DNA from: an uncultured Acidimicrobiaceae bacterium
GTDB lineage: Bacteria > Actinomycetota > Acidimicrobiia > Spongiisociales > UBA5794
Direction: 5' to 3'
NCBI GenBank assembly: GCA_947259365.1
Contig: CAMYMC010000042.1
Span: forward strand, 19,954 to 83,953
Length of the DNA stretch: 64,000 bases
Under the pieces are notes generated by a model. The model had not been told where the DNA came from. It ran no database searches and was given only the letters and a program-made list of their open reading frames with translations. Each line of letters opens with the position of its first letter. Positions within the stretch are counted from its first letter, which is position 1. Shown here one piece after another: positions 41,032 to 51,387 of this stretch. The position numbers and the translations under genes were made by a program.

Positions 41032-41478
41032 TCAGGCGGGGATGACGTCGAGCGTCACGTGGAACTGCACCTCGGGATGCGGTTGCAGTAAGACCTCGTG
41101 GAGGCCGATCTCCTTGATCGAAACGGCGACGGCGATGACGGAACGCTCGACCTCGACGCCGGTGAACTTCTTGATCGCCTCGGCGATGTCCGGGGGACCG
41201 ATCGAGCCGAAGAGTCTGCCCTCGTCTCCGGCGCGGGCGGCAACGACGACCCTGGTTCCGACGAGCGCCGTTGCCAGCTGCTCGGCCTCGAGCCTCGCCC
41301 TCCGCTCCGCCTCCTCCCGCGCCTTGCGTAGACCCTCCGCCTGACGGAGCGCACCCGCTGTGGCTTTGATGGCGTAGTTGCGCGGCATGAGGTAGTTGCG
41401 GGCGTAGCCGGCAGCGACGTCCACGACGTCGCCCTTGACGCCGAGTTCGGGAACGTCACGGACGAGGATGACCTTCAT
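41032..41478 (-). CDS. rplI: 50S ribosomal protein L9
   Basis: [34 protein letters not shown]. Confidence 0.9.
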   Translation of the reverse strand: MKVILVRDVPELGVKGDVVDVAAGYARNYLMPRNYAIKATAGALRQAEGLRKAREEAERRARLEAEQLATALVGTRVVVAARAGDEGRLFGSIGPPDIAEAIKKFTGVEVERSVIAVAVSIKEIGLHEVLLQPHPEVQFHVTLDVIPA

Positions 41479-41738
41479 TGCGTCACCGTCGCGTATGGCA
41501 GGAGCGCCATCTCCCGTGCGCTCTTGATCGCGACCGCCACCGCCCGCTGGTGGGCCGAGCACGCGCCGGTCACCCGCCGGGCCCGGATCTTGCCCCGGTC
41601 CGACATGTACCTGCGCAGCATTGCGACATCCTTGTAGTCGATCGTCGACGACTTCGACGTGCAGAACTCGCACACCTTCTTCTTCGCCCGGGCGTCGGCG
41701 CCCGGGCGCCGCCGCCGCGTTCGCTTGCTGGGAGGCAT
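41475..41738 (-). CDS. rpsR: 30S ribosomal protein S18
   Basis: CEFCTSK...[19 protein letters not shown]; overlaps the rplI start. Confidence 0.9.
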   Translation of the reverse strand: MPPSKRTRRRRPGADARAKKKVCEFCTSKSSTIDYKDVAMLRRYMSDRGKIRARRVTGACSAHQRAVAVAIKSAREMALLPYATVTQ

Positions 41739-41760
41739 CGTCTCTCCTCGTCTCCGCCCG

Positions 41761-42216
41761 CTAGAAGGGCGCCTCGTCGGGGCCGAAGTCGTCTCTCGCC
41801 ACGGGCGCCGCCGGCACTTGGCGACCGCCGTCGTCGGAGCCGCCCCCCGCCCAGTCGCTGCGAGGCGTGCGCGTCACCGCTGCGGTGGCCCATCGCAGCG
41901 AGGGGCCCACCTCGTCGATGCGGACCTCGACGACCGAGCGCTTCTCGCCCTCTTGGGTCTCCCACGACCGCTGCTCCAGTGACCCTGTGACGATCACACG
42001 CATCCCCTTCTGGAGCGACTCGGCGACGTTCTCGGCCATCTCACGCCACACCGTGCCCCCGAAGAAGCTCGTCTCCTCCTGCCATTCGTTGTTGCGATCC
42101 CGCCACCGCCGGTTGACGGCAAACCGCAGCCTCGCCATCGCAACCCCGCTCGGGGTGAAGCGGAGCTCGGGATCGTCGACGAGGTTCCCGACCAACGTCA
42201 CGCTGTTCTGTGTCAT
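41761..42216 (-). CDS. ssb: single-stranded DNA-binding protein
   Basis: OB fold [19 protein letters not shown]; acidic C-terminal tail [10 protein letters not shown]. Confidence 0.9.
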   Translation of the reverse strand: MTQNSVTLVGNLVDDPELRFTPSGVAMARLRFAVNRRWRDRNNEWQEETSFFGGTVWREMAENVAESLQKGMRVIVTGSLEQRSWETQEGEKRSVVEVRIDEVGPSLRWATAAVTRTPRSDWAGGGSDDGGRQVPAAPVARDDFGPDEAPF

Positions 42217-42304
42217 CGCTTGTGCTCTCTCTGCTCTCTCGGCGCCACCCGCTGTCGTGCGATCTCGACGAGTGTCTCGAACGCCTGTGACACGAACGCC
42301 GCCG

Positions 42305-42592
42305 CTATTTGTCGCCCCGCCGCAAGATCTTGTGCCGGACCACCGTGTCGAGCAGGCCCAGTGCCCTGTCGAGCCGGGCAACCAGCTCGTGGCCTCCCTC
42401 GAACGCCACCACCGAGTAGTACCCCTCGTGGATGTGGTCGATCTCGTAGGCGAAGCGGCGCTTCCCCCAGAAGTCGGTGGACGTGACCGCACCATCGGCG
42501 GCGATCGCGTTCTCCACCTCCTCGACGTGGGAGCGGACGTCCGGTTCGGCCAGCTCGGGCCGGTGGATCATCATCAGCTCGTACGAACGCAT
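42305..42592 (-). CDS. rpsF: 30S ribosomal protein S6
   Basis: MRSYELMMI...; strong RBS AGGAGGTG 8 nt upstream of ATG 42592. Confidence 0.9.
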   Translation of the reverse strand: MRSYELMMIHRPELAEPDVRSHVEEVENAIAADGAVTSTDFWGKRRFAYEIDHIHEGYYSVVAFEGGHELVARLDRALGLLDTVVRHKILRRGDK

Positions 42593-42712
42593 CGCTCGAA
42601 TCACCTCCTGTGGACATTCGCCGTGCGAAAGGCCCCCGGCCGCGCCGGGAGCAGGGGTCCGTGAGCCGGCGAGAGTGTAGACGCTGGCCGGGGGTGCCGG
42701 GCCGCCGCCGGC

Positions 42713-43276
42713 TCAGCGAACGACGAGACCGGTGCCGGCGTCGACGAACGAGAGGGCTCCCGCGGGCGCCTCCACGGCATAGCGGAAGGGGACGCCGGGG
42801 CTGTACGACGGGCACGGCTCGGCGACGCAAGGGACCATCGTCGTCGAACCGACGAGGACGCCGGCATCGTCGAACCAGGCGATGTCGAGGTCGATGAGGG
42901 TGTCCTTCATCCAGAAGCTCCCCGGACGCTCCGACTCGAACACGAACAGCATGCCGCCGAGGTCACCGAGGTCCTCGACCCACATGAGCCCGCGACCCCG
43001 TGTCTCACGGGTGTCGGCGACGGCGACGAACAGCTCGACGTCGCCGATGGTGATCGTGGTCCTCTCCAGCCCGGCGAGCTGCGGAGGGCTGGGCGATGTC
43101 GTCGTCGCGGGGGTCGTCGTCGCGGGCGATGTCGTGACGGGAGACGTCGTCGGGGCCGCCGTCGGCACCGGGGACGTGGTTGCCGGGGGCGTCGTCACTC
43201 GTGTGGCGGGCGCCGAATCGGGCGTAGCCGCACAGGCGGCGGCGAACAGGACAAGGACGGCGACGGCGCGAGGCAT
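42713..43276 (-). CDS. DUF192-domain lipoprotein with Thr/Pro-rich linker
   Basis: Lipobox LFAAACA. (TTSP)n linker. DUF192 motifs (GLMWVED...GMLFVF...FWMKDTLIDLDIAWFD). Confidence 0.65.
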   Translation of the reverse strand: MPRAVAVLVLFAAACAATPDSAPATRVTTPPATTSPVPTAAPTTSPVTTSPATTTPATTTSPSPPQLAGLERTTITIGDVELFVAVADTRETRGRGLMWVEDLGDLGGMLFVFESERPGSFWMKDTLIDLDIAWFDDAGVLVGSTTMVPCVAEPCPSYSPGVPFRYAVEAPAGALSFVDAGTGLVVR

Positions 43277-43329
43277 CGGCGCAGGTTATTGGATCCCCGG
43301 AGTTGGGGAACTTCTCCGGCTGCGCCCGC

Positions 43330-44235
43330 CTACCGCTCCATCGCCTCGTCGGCGAGGAGGTGGTCCGCCGCCTGTGGGCGTGACGTGAGGTCGCGCAGGA
43401 CCTCGAGGGACTCCGCCGGCATGTGATACGTCTCGTCTTCGCCGGGGAAGTCGCCGCTCTGGACGTCAGCGAAGTACCGCGTCATCGCCTCCACCGCGTC
43501 GTCGGCGAGCCGGGCGTACTGGCGCACGAACTTCGGGAGGTCGTCGCCGCCGCCGAGGCCGAGCAGGTCGTGGAACACGAGCACCTGGCCATCGCAGTGC
43601 ACACCGGCGCCGATCCCGATCGTCGGCACCGGGATCTCGGCCGTCACCATCTCGGCGACGACGTCGGGCACGCCCTCGAGGACGATGGAGAAGACACCTG
43701 CGTCGGCGAGCGCCTTTGCATCCGAGATCATCTCGTACGCAGCCGAGGCGCGCTTCGCCTGGACCCGGAACCCGCCCATGGCGTGGACGCTCTGCGGGGT
43801 GAGGCCGATGTGGCCCATGACCGGGATCTCGGCGTCGAGGACGGCGCGGACCATGGGGAGGCGCTTCCTCCCACCCTCGAGCTTGACCGCCTCGGCTCCG
43901 CCCTCGCGAATGAACCGGCCGGCGTTGTGCACCGTCTCCTCGATGGAGGTGTGGTAGCTCAGCCACGGCATGTCGCCGACGATGAGCGCCGACGGCTTCG
44001 CCCTTGCGACGGCGGCGGTGTGGTGGACCATCTGGTCCACGGTCACCGACAGCGTGTCCTCGTGGCCGAGGACGACGTTGGCGAGTGAGTCCCCGACGAG
44101 GACGATGTCGGCCCCGGCCCGGTCGGCGATCTGCGCCGAGGGGAAGTCATACGCGGTGACCATCCGGAGCTTGTCCCCGCCCTTGCGGGCGAGCACCTTC
44201 GGGGCGGTCATCTTGGCGGACATGATGCGGGTCAT
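43330..44235 (-). CDS. panB: 3-methyl-2-oxobutanoate hydroxymethyltransferase
   Basis: RMVTAYDFPSAQIAD; VKLEGG; GHIGLTPQS. Confidence 0.9.
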   Translation of the reverse strand: MTRIMSAKMTAPKVLARKGGDKLRMVTAYDFPSAQIADRAGADIVLVGDSLANVVLGHEDTLSVTVDQMVHHTAAVARAKPSALIVGDMPWLSYHTSIEETVHNAGRFIREGGAEAVKLEGGRKRLPMVRAVLDAEIPVMGHIGLTPQSVHAMGGFRVQAKRASAAYEMISDAKALADAGVFSIVLEGVPDVVAEMVTAEIPVPTIGIGAGVHCDGQVLVFHDLLGLGGGDDLPKFVRQYARLADDAVEAMTRYFADVQSGDFPGEDETYHMPAESLEVLRDLTSRPQAADHLLADEAMER

Positions 44236-44359
44236 CCTTTCTCCCCACCTCACCGGGTTGGGGGACTTCGCGTTCGTCCGTCTCCGGAGCGCCCGCCCAA
44301 GTGGCATCAGCCGCCTTCTGGTCGCCCGTGCCGGCGAAACGGCTCCCGCCATGGGAACG

Positions 44360-45559
44360 TTAGCCGGACCCGTTCGATTCCGTCCCGGACGATGACCCCT
44401 CGCCGTAGCGCAGCGCCGTCGCGACGAGGATCGCGGCGAGCTCCTCAACCGAGGCCAGATCAACCCATTCGATGGCCGAGTGGAGCCCCTCGCCGGCCGG
44501 GCCGACGACGACGGCGTCGACGCCCGCCGCCGCCAGCAGCGCCGCATCGGTCCAGAACGGCACCCCGATCGGGCTGGGGTCGAGGCCCCGGTCGGCGAGC
44601 ACGGCTCCGATGCACGTCGCCAGCGCACCCCCGGCGAGGGTCGTCAGCGGCGTCCGGGCCAGGCCGCGAGTGATCGACGAGGAGAAGCCCGGGTCGGCGG
44701 AGGGAGCCGCGATGAGGGCATGCATCTCCGCATCGATGACAGCGAGCGTCTCACCGGGAACGGTCCTCCGCTCGACGAGGAGCCGGCACGACGCCGGGTA
44801 CACGCTGAGCTCCGTCCCGCCTTCGATGACCGAAGCGTGGACCGAGGGACGCCCGACGAGGGCGTCGGCGGGGCGCTCCCGCAGCTCCCGTTCTAGAGCG
44901 TCGAGCCCGGCGAGGACCCGGCCCATGTGCACGATGGCGTCGATGCCGTCCTCCGGCCTGCTCCCGTGGGCGGCGCGACCGACCGTCTCGATCTCGTACT
45001 CGACGAACCCGCGATGTGCGGTGGCGAGGCGGAGCCCGGTCGGCTCGGCCACGATGGCCCCGTCGGGCCGCACCGTCTCGAGGAGCGCCTCGGTGCCGAT
45101 GCTGCCGTATTCCTCGTCGCACACCGCCGCGACGACGACGTCACCGGGCGGAGGGACCCCGCCGTCGACGAGGGCCTTGGCCGCGGCGAGCATCGCCGCC
45201 AGGGCACCCTTCATGTCGTGGGCGCCTCTGCCGTAGAGGCGGCCGTCGTGAATCCTCGGCGTGAACGGATCCTCGACGCCTTCGACCCCCACGGTGTCGA
45301 GGTGGCCGTTCCACATGAGCGACCGGCCCGGTCCCGCCCCCGGCAGAGTGGCGACGACGTTCGGCCTCCCCGGCGCCACCTCGACGAGTGCGACCGCAAG
45401 CCCGAGCACCTCGAGCTCGGAGGCGACGAATCCCGCCAGCTCCGCCTCGCCGGCGCCGCCTGCACCCAGCGACGGGTTCGTCGAGTCGATGGAGACGGCG
45501 GCGGCAAGCGTCTCCGCCAGATACCCGACGTCGATCGGAGGCGGCGTGGCCCGGCTCAC
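44360..45559 (-). CDS. M20-family metallopeptidase (ArgE/DapE-like)
   Basis: GHLDTV, DMKG, EEYGS metal-binding motifs. GTG start overlapping the upstream MFS gene. Confidence 0.75.
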   Translation of the reverse strand: MSRATPPPIDVGYLAETLAAAVSIDSTNPSLGAGGAGEAELAGFVASELEVLGLAVALVEVAPGRPNVVATLPGAGPGRSLMWNGHLDTVGVEGVEDPFTPRIHDGRLYGRGAHDMKGALAAMLAAAKALVDGGVPPPGDVVVAAVCDEEYGSIGTEALLETVRPDGAIVAEPTGLRLATAHRGFVEYEIETVGRAAHGSRPEDGIDAIVHMGRVLAGLDALERELRERPADALVGRPSVHASVIEGGTELSVYPASCRLLVERRTVPGETLAVIDAEMHALIAAPSADPGFSSSITRGLARTPLTTLAGGALATCIGAVLADRGLDPSPIGVPFWTDAALLAAAGVDAVVVGPAGEGLHSAIEWVDLASVEELAAILVATALRYGEGSSSGTESNGSG

Positions 45560-46869
45560 CCGGGAATTGTCGTCGGCGGAACAGCCGGCTGCGGCGGCCC
45601 GGGGAACATCCGGCCCTTCTCCGTCCACGCCACCACCGCGATCGCCAGCACGCCGGCGGCGAGGAAGCCGAAGGCCATCGGCCGCACCGTGCCGTCGAAG
45701 GCGCGGTCGATGACCGACCCGATGAGCGCGGCCACCCCCGTCGAGACCGTGCCGATGACCGCCGACGCCGTCCCGGCGACCGCCCCGACGGGGCCCATCG
45801 CCACCGTGTTGAAATTCGGGATGAGGAGGGCGTGGGTGGCGAGAGTCGCCGCCAGCATCGGGAGAAAGACCCAGAACGGCGGCGCCCCACCCGTGGCGAG
45901 CGCCACGACGACGAGGGCGGTGCCCAGCCCGACGTACGCGACGAGGACGACATGGACCATCCGTACCGTCCCGAACCTGCCCACCACGGCTGCGTTCGTC
46001 AGCATGGCGCCGCCCATCACTGCGGCGATGCCTCCGAAGATGAACGGGAACTGATCGCCGCGACCGTAGACGTCGGACCAGATGAGCTCCGAGCTGGCGA
46101 GATAGGAGACGAAGACGCCGAAGAGCAGCGTCATCGCCGCCATGTACCCCATCGTCAGCCGGCTCGTGAACACGATGCGGGCCGCCCGGGCGATCCCGTC
46201 GAAGCGGAGCTGGATCCGGTTTCGCGGGTCGAGAGTCTCGGGGAGACGGCGAGCCCACAACCCGATGGCGGCCACGTAGAGCACGCAGAACCAGAACACC
46301 CAGCGCCACGGTCCGACGGCGACGAGGACCGCCCCGAGGCTCGGGGCGAGGATGGGAACGAGGATGAAGACGGCCATGACGAACGACATGGCCCTTGCCA
46401 TCCGGTCGCCCTCGTAGACGTCTCGCACCATCGAGATCACCACGACGCGGGGAGCGGCGGCGCCGAGGCCCCACACGAACCTCGCAACGAGCACGAGCTC
46501 GAGCGATGGGGCGAGGGCGGCCGCCACCGCGCCGACGGCGAAGACGGCAAAGCCCGTGTAGAGCACCGGACGGCGCCCGAATCGGTCGGCGAACGGGCCG
46601 TACACCACCTGGGCGAGGGCAAAGCCGAGGAGGAACGCAGTGACGACGCCGGCGGCCTCGGTCGAGTCGGGTGCGAGACCGTACTCGGCGCGAATGTCGC
46701 CGAACGCCGGCAGGACGACATCGATCGACAGCGCCGAGAGCGCCATCATCAACGAGAGGATCGCGACGAACTCGGCGCGACCGAGCCGTCCCCTCAGCTC
46801 CGTCTCCGTCCTCGCGATGGCAACCTCGTCTCGCTGTGAGCTCTCGAGTCCCGACCGATCGCCCGGCAT
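45556..46869 (-). CDS. MFS transporter (Bcr/CflA-like)
   Basis: 12 TM. GPFADRFGRRPVL motif A. Confidence 0.8.
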   Translation of the reverse strand: MPGDRSGLESSQRDEVAIARTETELRGRLGRAEFVAILSLMMALSALSIDVVLPAFGDIRAEYGLAPDSTEAAGVVTAFLLGFALAQVVYGPFADRFGRRPVLYTGFAVFAVGAVAAALAPSLELVLVARFVWGLGAAAPRVVVISMVRDVYEGDRMARAMSFVMAVFILVPILAPSLGAVLVAVGPWRWVFWFCVLYVAAIGLWARRLPETLDPRNRIQLRFDGIARAARIVFTSRLTMGYMAAMTLLFGVFVSYLASSELIWSDVYGRGDQFPFIFGGIAAVMGGAMLTNAAVVGRFGTVRMVHVVLVAYVGLGTALVVVALATGGAPPFWVFLPMLAATLATHALLIPNFNTVAMGPVGAVAGTASAVIGTVSTGVAALIGSVIDRAFDGTVRPMAFGFLAAGVLAIAVVAWTEKGRMFPGPPQPAVPPTTIPG

Positions 46870-46930
46870 GCGGCCGCACCGGAGACCACAGCGTACGGTG
46901 TTGCGCCGCGCCGCAAACCGCGACACCGGA

Positions 46931-48916
46931 TCAGTCGCCGACCGACCTCGAGAACCGGACCATCCCGGTGACGAACGCCGCCATGGCGAGGACAAGACCG
47001 GCGGCGAGGACGAGCGACGGCAGCAGCGACGACGGCCGCTCCCGCTCGGCGATGACCTCGACCGGCGGCAGCACGCCGGCCTCGGCGACGGGTGCAACCG
47101 GCGGCACCTCCGGGGTCGCCTCGGCTGGGGCCGGCGGCGGCGACGCACCCGGCTCGACGACGAGGTCCCCGACCATGCCCCCGTCGGCGTGGCCCGGGAT
47201 GTTGCACACGAACCCGAACGCCCCGGTCGCCTCTGGCACGGTGAAGGTGATCGCGCCGCTCCCGCCGGCGTCCACGAAGACGAACACACCCAGGTCGGGG
47301 ATGTCGATGTTGTGTGGAGCCACGCCTGCGTTGCGGAGCCGGAGCGTGACCTCCGCACCGGCGGGGACCGTGATGGACGATGGGGTGAAGGCGAACTCGG
47401 TCGACTCGACGTCGACGACGATCGGTTGGGGGACGGAAGCCGCCGTTGCCGCCGCCACGGCGGGCACAGGCGTCGTCGCCGGTAGGGGAGCGAACGGCGA
47501 GGTGTTGCTCCGGAGCCTGAGCAGCTCACTCGCCGCGTAGAGACCCGTCGCCGTGTCGAAGTATTCGGTCACGACCTCCCAGCGGCCGTCGTCGACGTCG
47601 AAGGCCACCTCCTCGAGGAGGACGGGCGGCAGCGACGTCCTCGGCACCGCGGGGTGCCCGAGATCGTCCGCGGAGGCTGCATCGATCTCGACCGAATCGA
47701 GGATCGACGCCGGGTCGGGCACCGCGCGCATCATCCCGGAGCTGCTCACGACGGCGTCGATGAAGGAGGCGAGCGTCGCCTCGATGGTCGTGGCTTCGCG
47801 GGTCCCGGTGCGCAGCACCCGGTACGCGTGGAGGGCGCCGACGAGGGTCCCGACGTCCCCGGTGGTGAGCACCCCGGCGTCGGCGAAGACGGCGCGGTCC
47901 CGCTGGTACGCCCCGAGAAGCCGCCGTGCCGTGGCGTCGAGCACCGCGTCGCGGTCGCCGGCGCCGGTCACCGCGGCCAGCTCGGCGAGGCCGCGCACGA
48001 CGTGGGCGCGCTCGACGCTCGACGCCGGCACCAAGGCGGCCAGCCGGCCAGCGAGGCCGTCCGCCGAGGCAAGGGCATCGCGGCGCGAGGCGGGATCGTC
48101 AACGAGGGCCGCATACCGCGTCAGCGCCAGGATGCCCTTCGCCAGTTCGTCCACTCGCTCCGGCTCGGTCACCGCGAGCGCCTCGAACAACGACTCGGCT
48201 CCGGAACGGAACCAGGACGCGAAGGCCTCGTCGGCGTAGACGCCCCCGTACGGCGAATCCGGGGTGAGGAGGAGACCGAGTTCGGACAACGCCCGCAACA
48301 TGAGGTACTGGTCGACGAGCCGAGGCGGCGACTCCAGCGGCCGCACTTCGCCGTCGGCCCAGTCCACCGCTCCGTAGAACCCGTCTTCGCGAATCATGTT
48401 CACCATGGCGAAGTCAGCCTGGGCCTTCGCCTCGGTGAGATAGAGCTGGGCCCGGAGCCGGCCCAACGAACCCGCCGCGGAACCGGGATCGCCGTCGTCG
48501 GCGGCGAGGACTCTCGCCGCTTCGACCTCGGCGAGGATGGCCATCGCCTGGGCATGCGGCGTGATCTCGGTCTCGAGCTCGGTCCACGGCTCGGTGCCGC
48601 CCGACCCCGCCGGCTGACCGCCTGCGTACACCGCCTGGAGGAAGACTGCGCCGTCGGGCACGGCGGCAGTGTCCTCACCGGGAGCTGCTGCCTCTGCCAT
48701 CCGCGCCACGAACGACGCCGGCGGTTCGAACGGCACACCGAGGCCCGAGCCGAGGGCCACGTGGTCGATGAGGTAGCGGCCGTACCAGAACCCATTCCAC
48801 AACGCCGTCTCCTCCCGGCCTGATTCGGCCTGGTCGCCAGCGGCGGCCGCCGAGGGAAAGGAGAGAAGGCCGGCCACGACGGCCGCCGTCACTGCCATGC
48901 GCGGTACTCGTTGCAT
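46931..48916 (-). CDS. membrane-anchored protein: signal peptide, about 500-aa alpha-helical domain, C-terminal cupredoxin (type-1 Cu) domain, Pro-rich linker, C-terminal TM
   Basis: Cupredoxin ligands H (VAPHNID), C/H (FVCNIPGH), M (GGMVG). C-terminal helix LLPSLVLAAGLVLAMAAFVTGMV. ATG 48916 (alternative 48898). Confidence 0.65.
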   Translation of the reverse strand: MQRVPRMAVTAAVVAGLLSFPSAAAAGDQAESGREETALWNGFWYGRYLIDHVALGSGLGVPFEPPASFVARMAEAAAPGEDTAAVPDGAVFLQAVYAGGQPAGSGGTEPWTELETEITPHAQAMAILAEVEAARVLAADDGDPGSAAGSLGRLRAQLYLTEAKAQADFAMVNMIREDGFYGAVDWADGEVRPLESPPRLVDQYLMLRALSELGLLLTPDSPYGGVYADEAFASWFRSGAESLFEALAVTEPERVDELAKGILALTRYAALVDDPASRRDALASADGLAGRLAALVPASSVERAHVVRGLAELAAVTGAGDRDAVLDATARRLLGAYQRDRAVFADAGVLTTGDVGTLVGALHAYRVLRTGTREATTIEATLASFIDAVVSSSGMMRAVPDPASILDSVEIDAASADDLGHPAVPRTSLPPVLLEEVAFDVDDGRWEVVTEYFDTATGLYAASELLRLRSNTSPFAPLPATTPVPAVAAATAASVPQPIVVDVESTEFAFTPSSITVPAGAEVTLRLRNAGVAPHNIDIPDLGVFVFVDAGGSGAITFTVPEATGAFGFVCNIPGHADGGMVGDLVVEPGASPPPAPAEATPEVPPVAPVAEAGVLPPVEVIAERERPSSLLPSLVLAAGLVLAMAAFVTGMVRFSRSVGD

Positions 48917-49229
48917 CGGAGACCCGGGTGCTCGTCGGTTTCGTCCGGACACGATGCCGCAGCAACGGGCCGCCGCTGCAGAGCCCTTGGACCCGGATTC
49001 GGAGGCCACCACCCCATCCGATCGGACGAGGCCCGACACTCGGCAGGGTCGTCCAACGGGTCGGCCGTGCCCGTTCGCCCGGACGAGGGCGGGTCTTAGG
49101 TCCCTGACCGACCAAGTTCCGCCTCGGCCGAAAAGACGATGACGCGGAGACGAAGAGTCGGATATCGGACTGAGCCGCGGTTCCGGATGATGACGCCAGG
49201 CATCGAACACGACCACAGGGAGGTTTGAA

Positions 49230-50429
49230 ATGCCATCTCGACGGCTTCCGGGCCATCGCAGAGCCGTCTTCGTGCTGGCCATGGTGGTCGGCCTCATCGC
49301 CGCGCTCGCCGTACCGGCGTTTGCGAGCCACGGCTCGACGACGATCGACGTCGGCATCGCCAACGACGGAAGCACGGGGCGCGACAACTACGACGATTCG
49401 GACATCTCCGTGCTCGCAGGAACACCGATCACGTTCTTCTTCGACAACGGATTCCACAACGTCGTCTGGACCTCGGCGAACCCGGGTGGTCTCGCCGACT
49501 CCCCGGCGGCACCCGGTGGTGACGCGGTCGGGTCCAGCTTCACCGTGACGCCCACGGTCGCAGGAACGTACATCTACTTCTGCTCGATCCATACCAACGC
49601 TGCGACGGCGCTCGCTGCCACGGACTTCGGCGCCGGCCGGCCGGCCGAGATGTACGGTCGCATCGCGGTGACCGCCGACAGCACGCCGCCGGTGTGGGGC
49701 GCAGGATCCGCGACGGCGACCGCCGTTAGCGCCAGCCAGATCGATCTGACGTGGCCGGCGGCAACCGACGACTCCGGGTCCGTCCAGTACGAGGTCTACG
49801 AGGCCCAGGGCGCAACCCAGCCCGCCAAGCCCGGGGCGCCCGTCGCCACGGTCGGCGGCACCAGCACCTCTCGGACCGGCCTCAGCGCCGGCGTCCACTA
49901 CTGGTACTGGATCACAGCCGTCGACGGGACGGGGAACGCAGCAAGTCCCGATCAGCAAGCGGATGCTACGACCAGCTCCGTCGCAGCATTTGCGAACACC
50001 CAGCAGACGATCCAGTTCTCGGTGAATCCGGCGCTGTCGATCAACGTGACCCCGTCGCTGCTCGACCTCGGGACGCTCAACCCGTTGACGAGCCCGACCG
50101 GCACGGGTCAGGCGACCGTCAACGTCGAGTCGAACGACTCCTGGTCGCTGAACCTTCGCTCGATCGGCGCGGACGGCGTGTCCGGAGGTGCCGACGACGC
50201 GTTCTTCACCTCCGGCGGCAACCAGATCCCCGTCTCGCGGGCGACCTGGGACGATCCGGCGAGCGGTGGCGGACCGGCGGCGCTCAGCGACACCGATGCC
50301 GTCGTCGTGACCGGCCAGCCCGCAGGGGCATCGGCGGTCACGATCGACTACTCGATCACGCTCCAGAGCACGGACCCCGCAGGGACGAACTACGAGACCG
50401 TCATCCTCTACACCGTGACCCAGCCCTAG
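49230..50429 (+). CDS. secreted cupredoxin-domain protein with fibronectin type III domain
   Basis: RBS CAGGGAGG. Signal peptide. FHNVVW...YFCSIH...EMYG copper-site residues. FN3 (IDLTWPAATDDSGSVQYEVYEA...YWYWITAVD). Confidence 0.65.
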   Translation: MPSRRLPGHRRAVFVLAMVVGLIAALAVPAFASHGSTTIDVGIANDGSTGRDNYDDSDISVLAGTPITFFFDNGFHNVVWTSANPGGLADSPAAPGGDAVGSSFTVTPTVAGTYIYFCSIHTNAATALAATDFGAGRPAEMYGRIAVTADSTPPVWGAGSATATAVSASQIDLTWPAATDDSGSVQYEVYEAQGATQPAKPGAPVATVGGTSTSRTGLSAGVHYWYWITAVDGTGNAASPDQQADATTSSVAAFANTQQTIQFSVNPALSINVTPSLLDLGTLNPLTSPTGTGQATVNVESNDSWSLNLRSIGADGVSGGADDAFFTSGGNQIPVSRATWDDPASGGGPAALSDTDAVVVTGQPAGASAVTIDYSITLQSTDPAGTNYETVILYTVTQP

Positions 50430-50445
50430 GAGGCGAACGACGCAG

Positions 50446-51387
50446 ATGAGACGCCCACTAGGAGTGACTGCAGCACTTCTCGTGATGGCCTCGCTGGTGA
50501 TGGGATCCGCGGCGGCTGCAGATAACGCCGTGGATCCCATCGTCGACTTCGCCGTCAGCCCTTCCCGGCTCGAGCTGAGGGTCGAGCCGGGTGACGCGCT
50601 GGAGGTGCCGATCGAGGTGCTCAACCGGGGGACGACGCTGACGCTCGACACGTACGTCGAGGACATCGGCATCCCCCTCGGCGAGCTCGTCGACCCCGAC
50701 GAGCTCGCCTTCACCGCGAGCCGGTGGGTGACGTTCGCCGCACCGACGCTGGCCGTGGAGCCGGCGGCGACCGGGCAAGCCCTGTTGCGGATCGCGATCC
50801 CCGAGACGACCCCGTCCGGGGGCTACCACGCCTTCGCGTTCTTCCAGAGCCGGCCGATCGAGGGTGGCCACGGCATCGTCCCCGCAGGCCGGATCGGGAT
50901 CACCCTCCTCCTCGAGGTCGCCCCCGGCGACAAGGAGCTGGTTCGCGCCGCCAGGGTCAGCGAGGAGAAGCTCTCCGTTCGCTGGAACGGACCGTTCGAC
51001 CCCGACGTCGTGGCGAGGACCACGATCGACAACACCGGCGAGGCGCACCTCGTCACCGGTGGCGTCCACACCTACCGGCGGTGGCCGGGCACCGCCGCAG
51101 CCGACGTCCGTGTCGGGCCGCACACGACGCTACGGGGGACGAGGCACACGTTCGAAACGACGTGGGATGCGGTGCCCCTCATCGGCAAGGTCACATTGAC
51201 GAGCGAGCTCGTCTACCAGGTGACGCCCGACGACCTCCCCGTGATTCTGACCCAGCACACGATCTGGATCATCCCGTGGCACCTCATCGGCGTCCTGCTC
51301 GCCGCCGCCACGATGGCCGTCTTCGTCATCCGGCGGAGACGGAACCGCACAACACAGATTCCATGGAGAGAAACGGAGTTCGCATGA
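50446..51387 (+). CDS. surface protein with signal peptide and C-terminal TM anchor plus RRRRNR stop-transfer, hypothetical
   Basis: Beta-rich about 250-aa ectodomain; C-terminal WHLIGVLLAAATMAVFVIRRRRNR. Confidence 0.5.
   Translation: MRRPLGVTAALLVMASLVMGSAAAADNAVDPIVDFAVSPSRLELRVEPGDALEVPIEVLNRGTTLTLDTYVEDIGIPLGELVDPDELAFTASRWVTFAAPTLAVEPAATGQALLRIAIPETTPSGGYHAFAFFQSRPIEGGHGIVPAGRIGITLLLEVAPGDKELVRAARVSEEKLSVRWNGPFDPDVVARTTIDNTGEAHLVTGGVHTYRRWPGTAAADVRVGPHTTLRGTRHTFETTWDAVPLIGKVTLTSELVYQVTPDDLPVILTQHTIWIIPWHLIGVLLAAATMAVFVIRRRRNRTTQIPWRETEFA

Noticed and set aside
39222-41045. 607-aa plus-strand ORF over dnaB and rplI
   Set aside because: Antisense to two highly conserved genes; low-complexity Gly/Asp/Arg composition.
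44360-46879. 839-aa minus ORF read as one protein
   Set aside because: It is an in-frame concatenation. Only the last 400 codons (M20 peptidase, GTG 45559) are genuine. Upstream, the MFS transporter occupies a different frame.
45556-47529. 657-aa minus ORF upstream extension of the MFS transporter
   Set aside because: The first 220 codons are Arg/Ser/Pro-rich non-coding read-through. The transporter starts at ATG 46869.
46931-49387. N-terminal 157 codons of the 818-aa ORF
   Set aside because: They precede the signal peptide and cross the divergent promoter. ATG 48916, followed by a hydrophobic signal, is the credible start.
48675-50714. 679-aa minus ORF antisense to the cupredoxin genes
   Set aside because: Arg/Gly-rich shadow opposite genes with an RBS, signal peptides and copper-site motifs.
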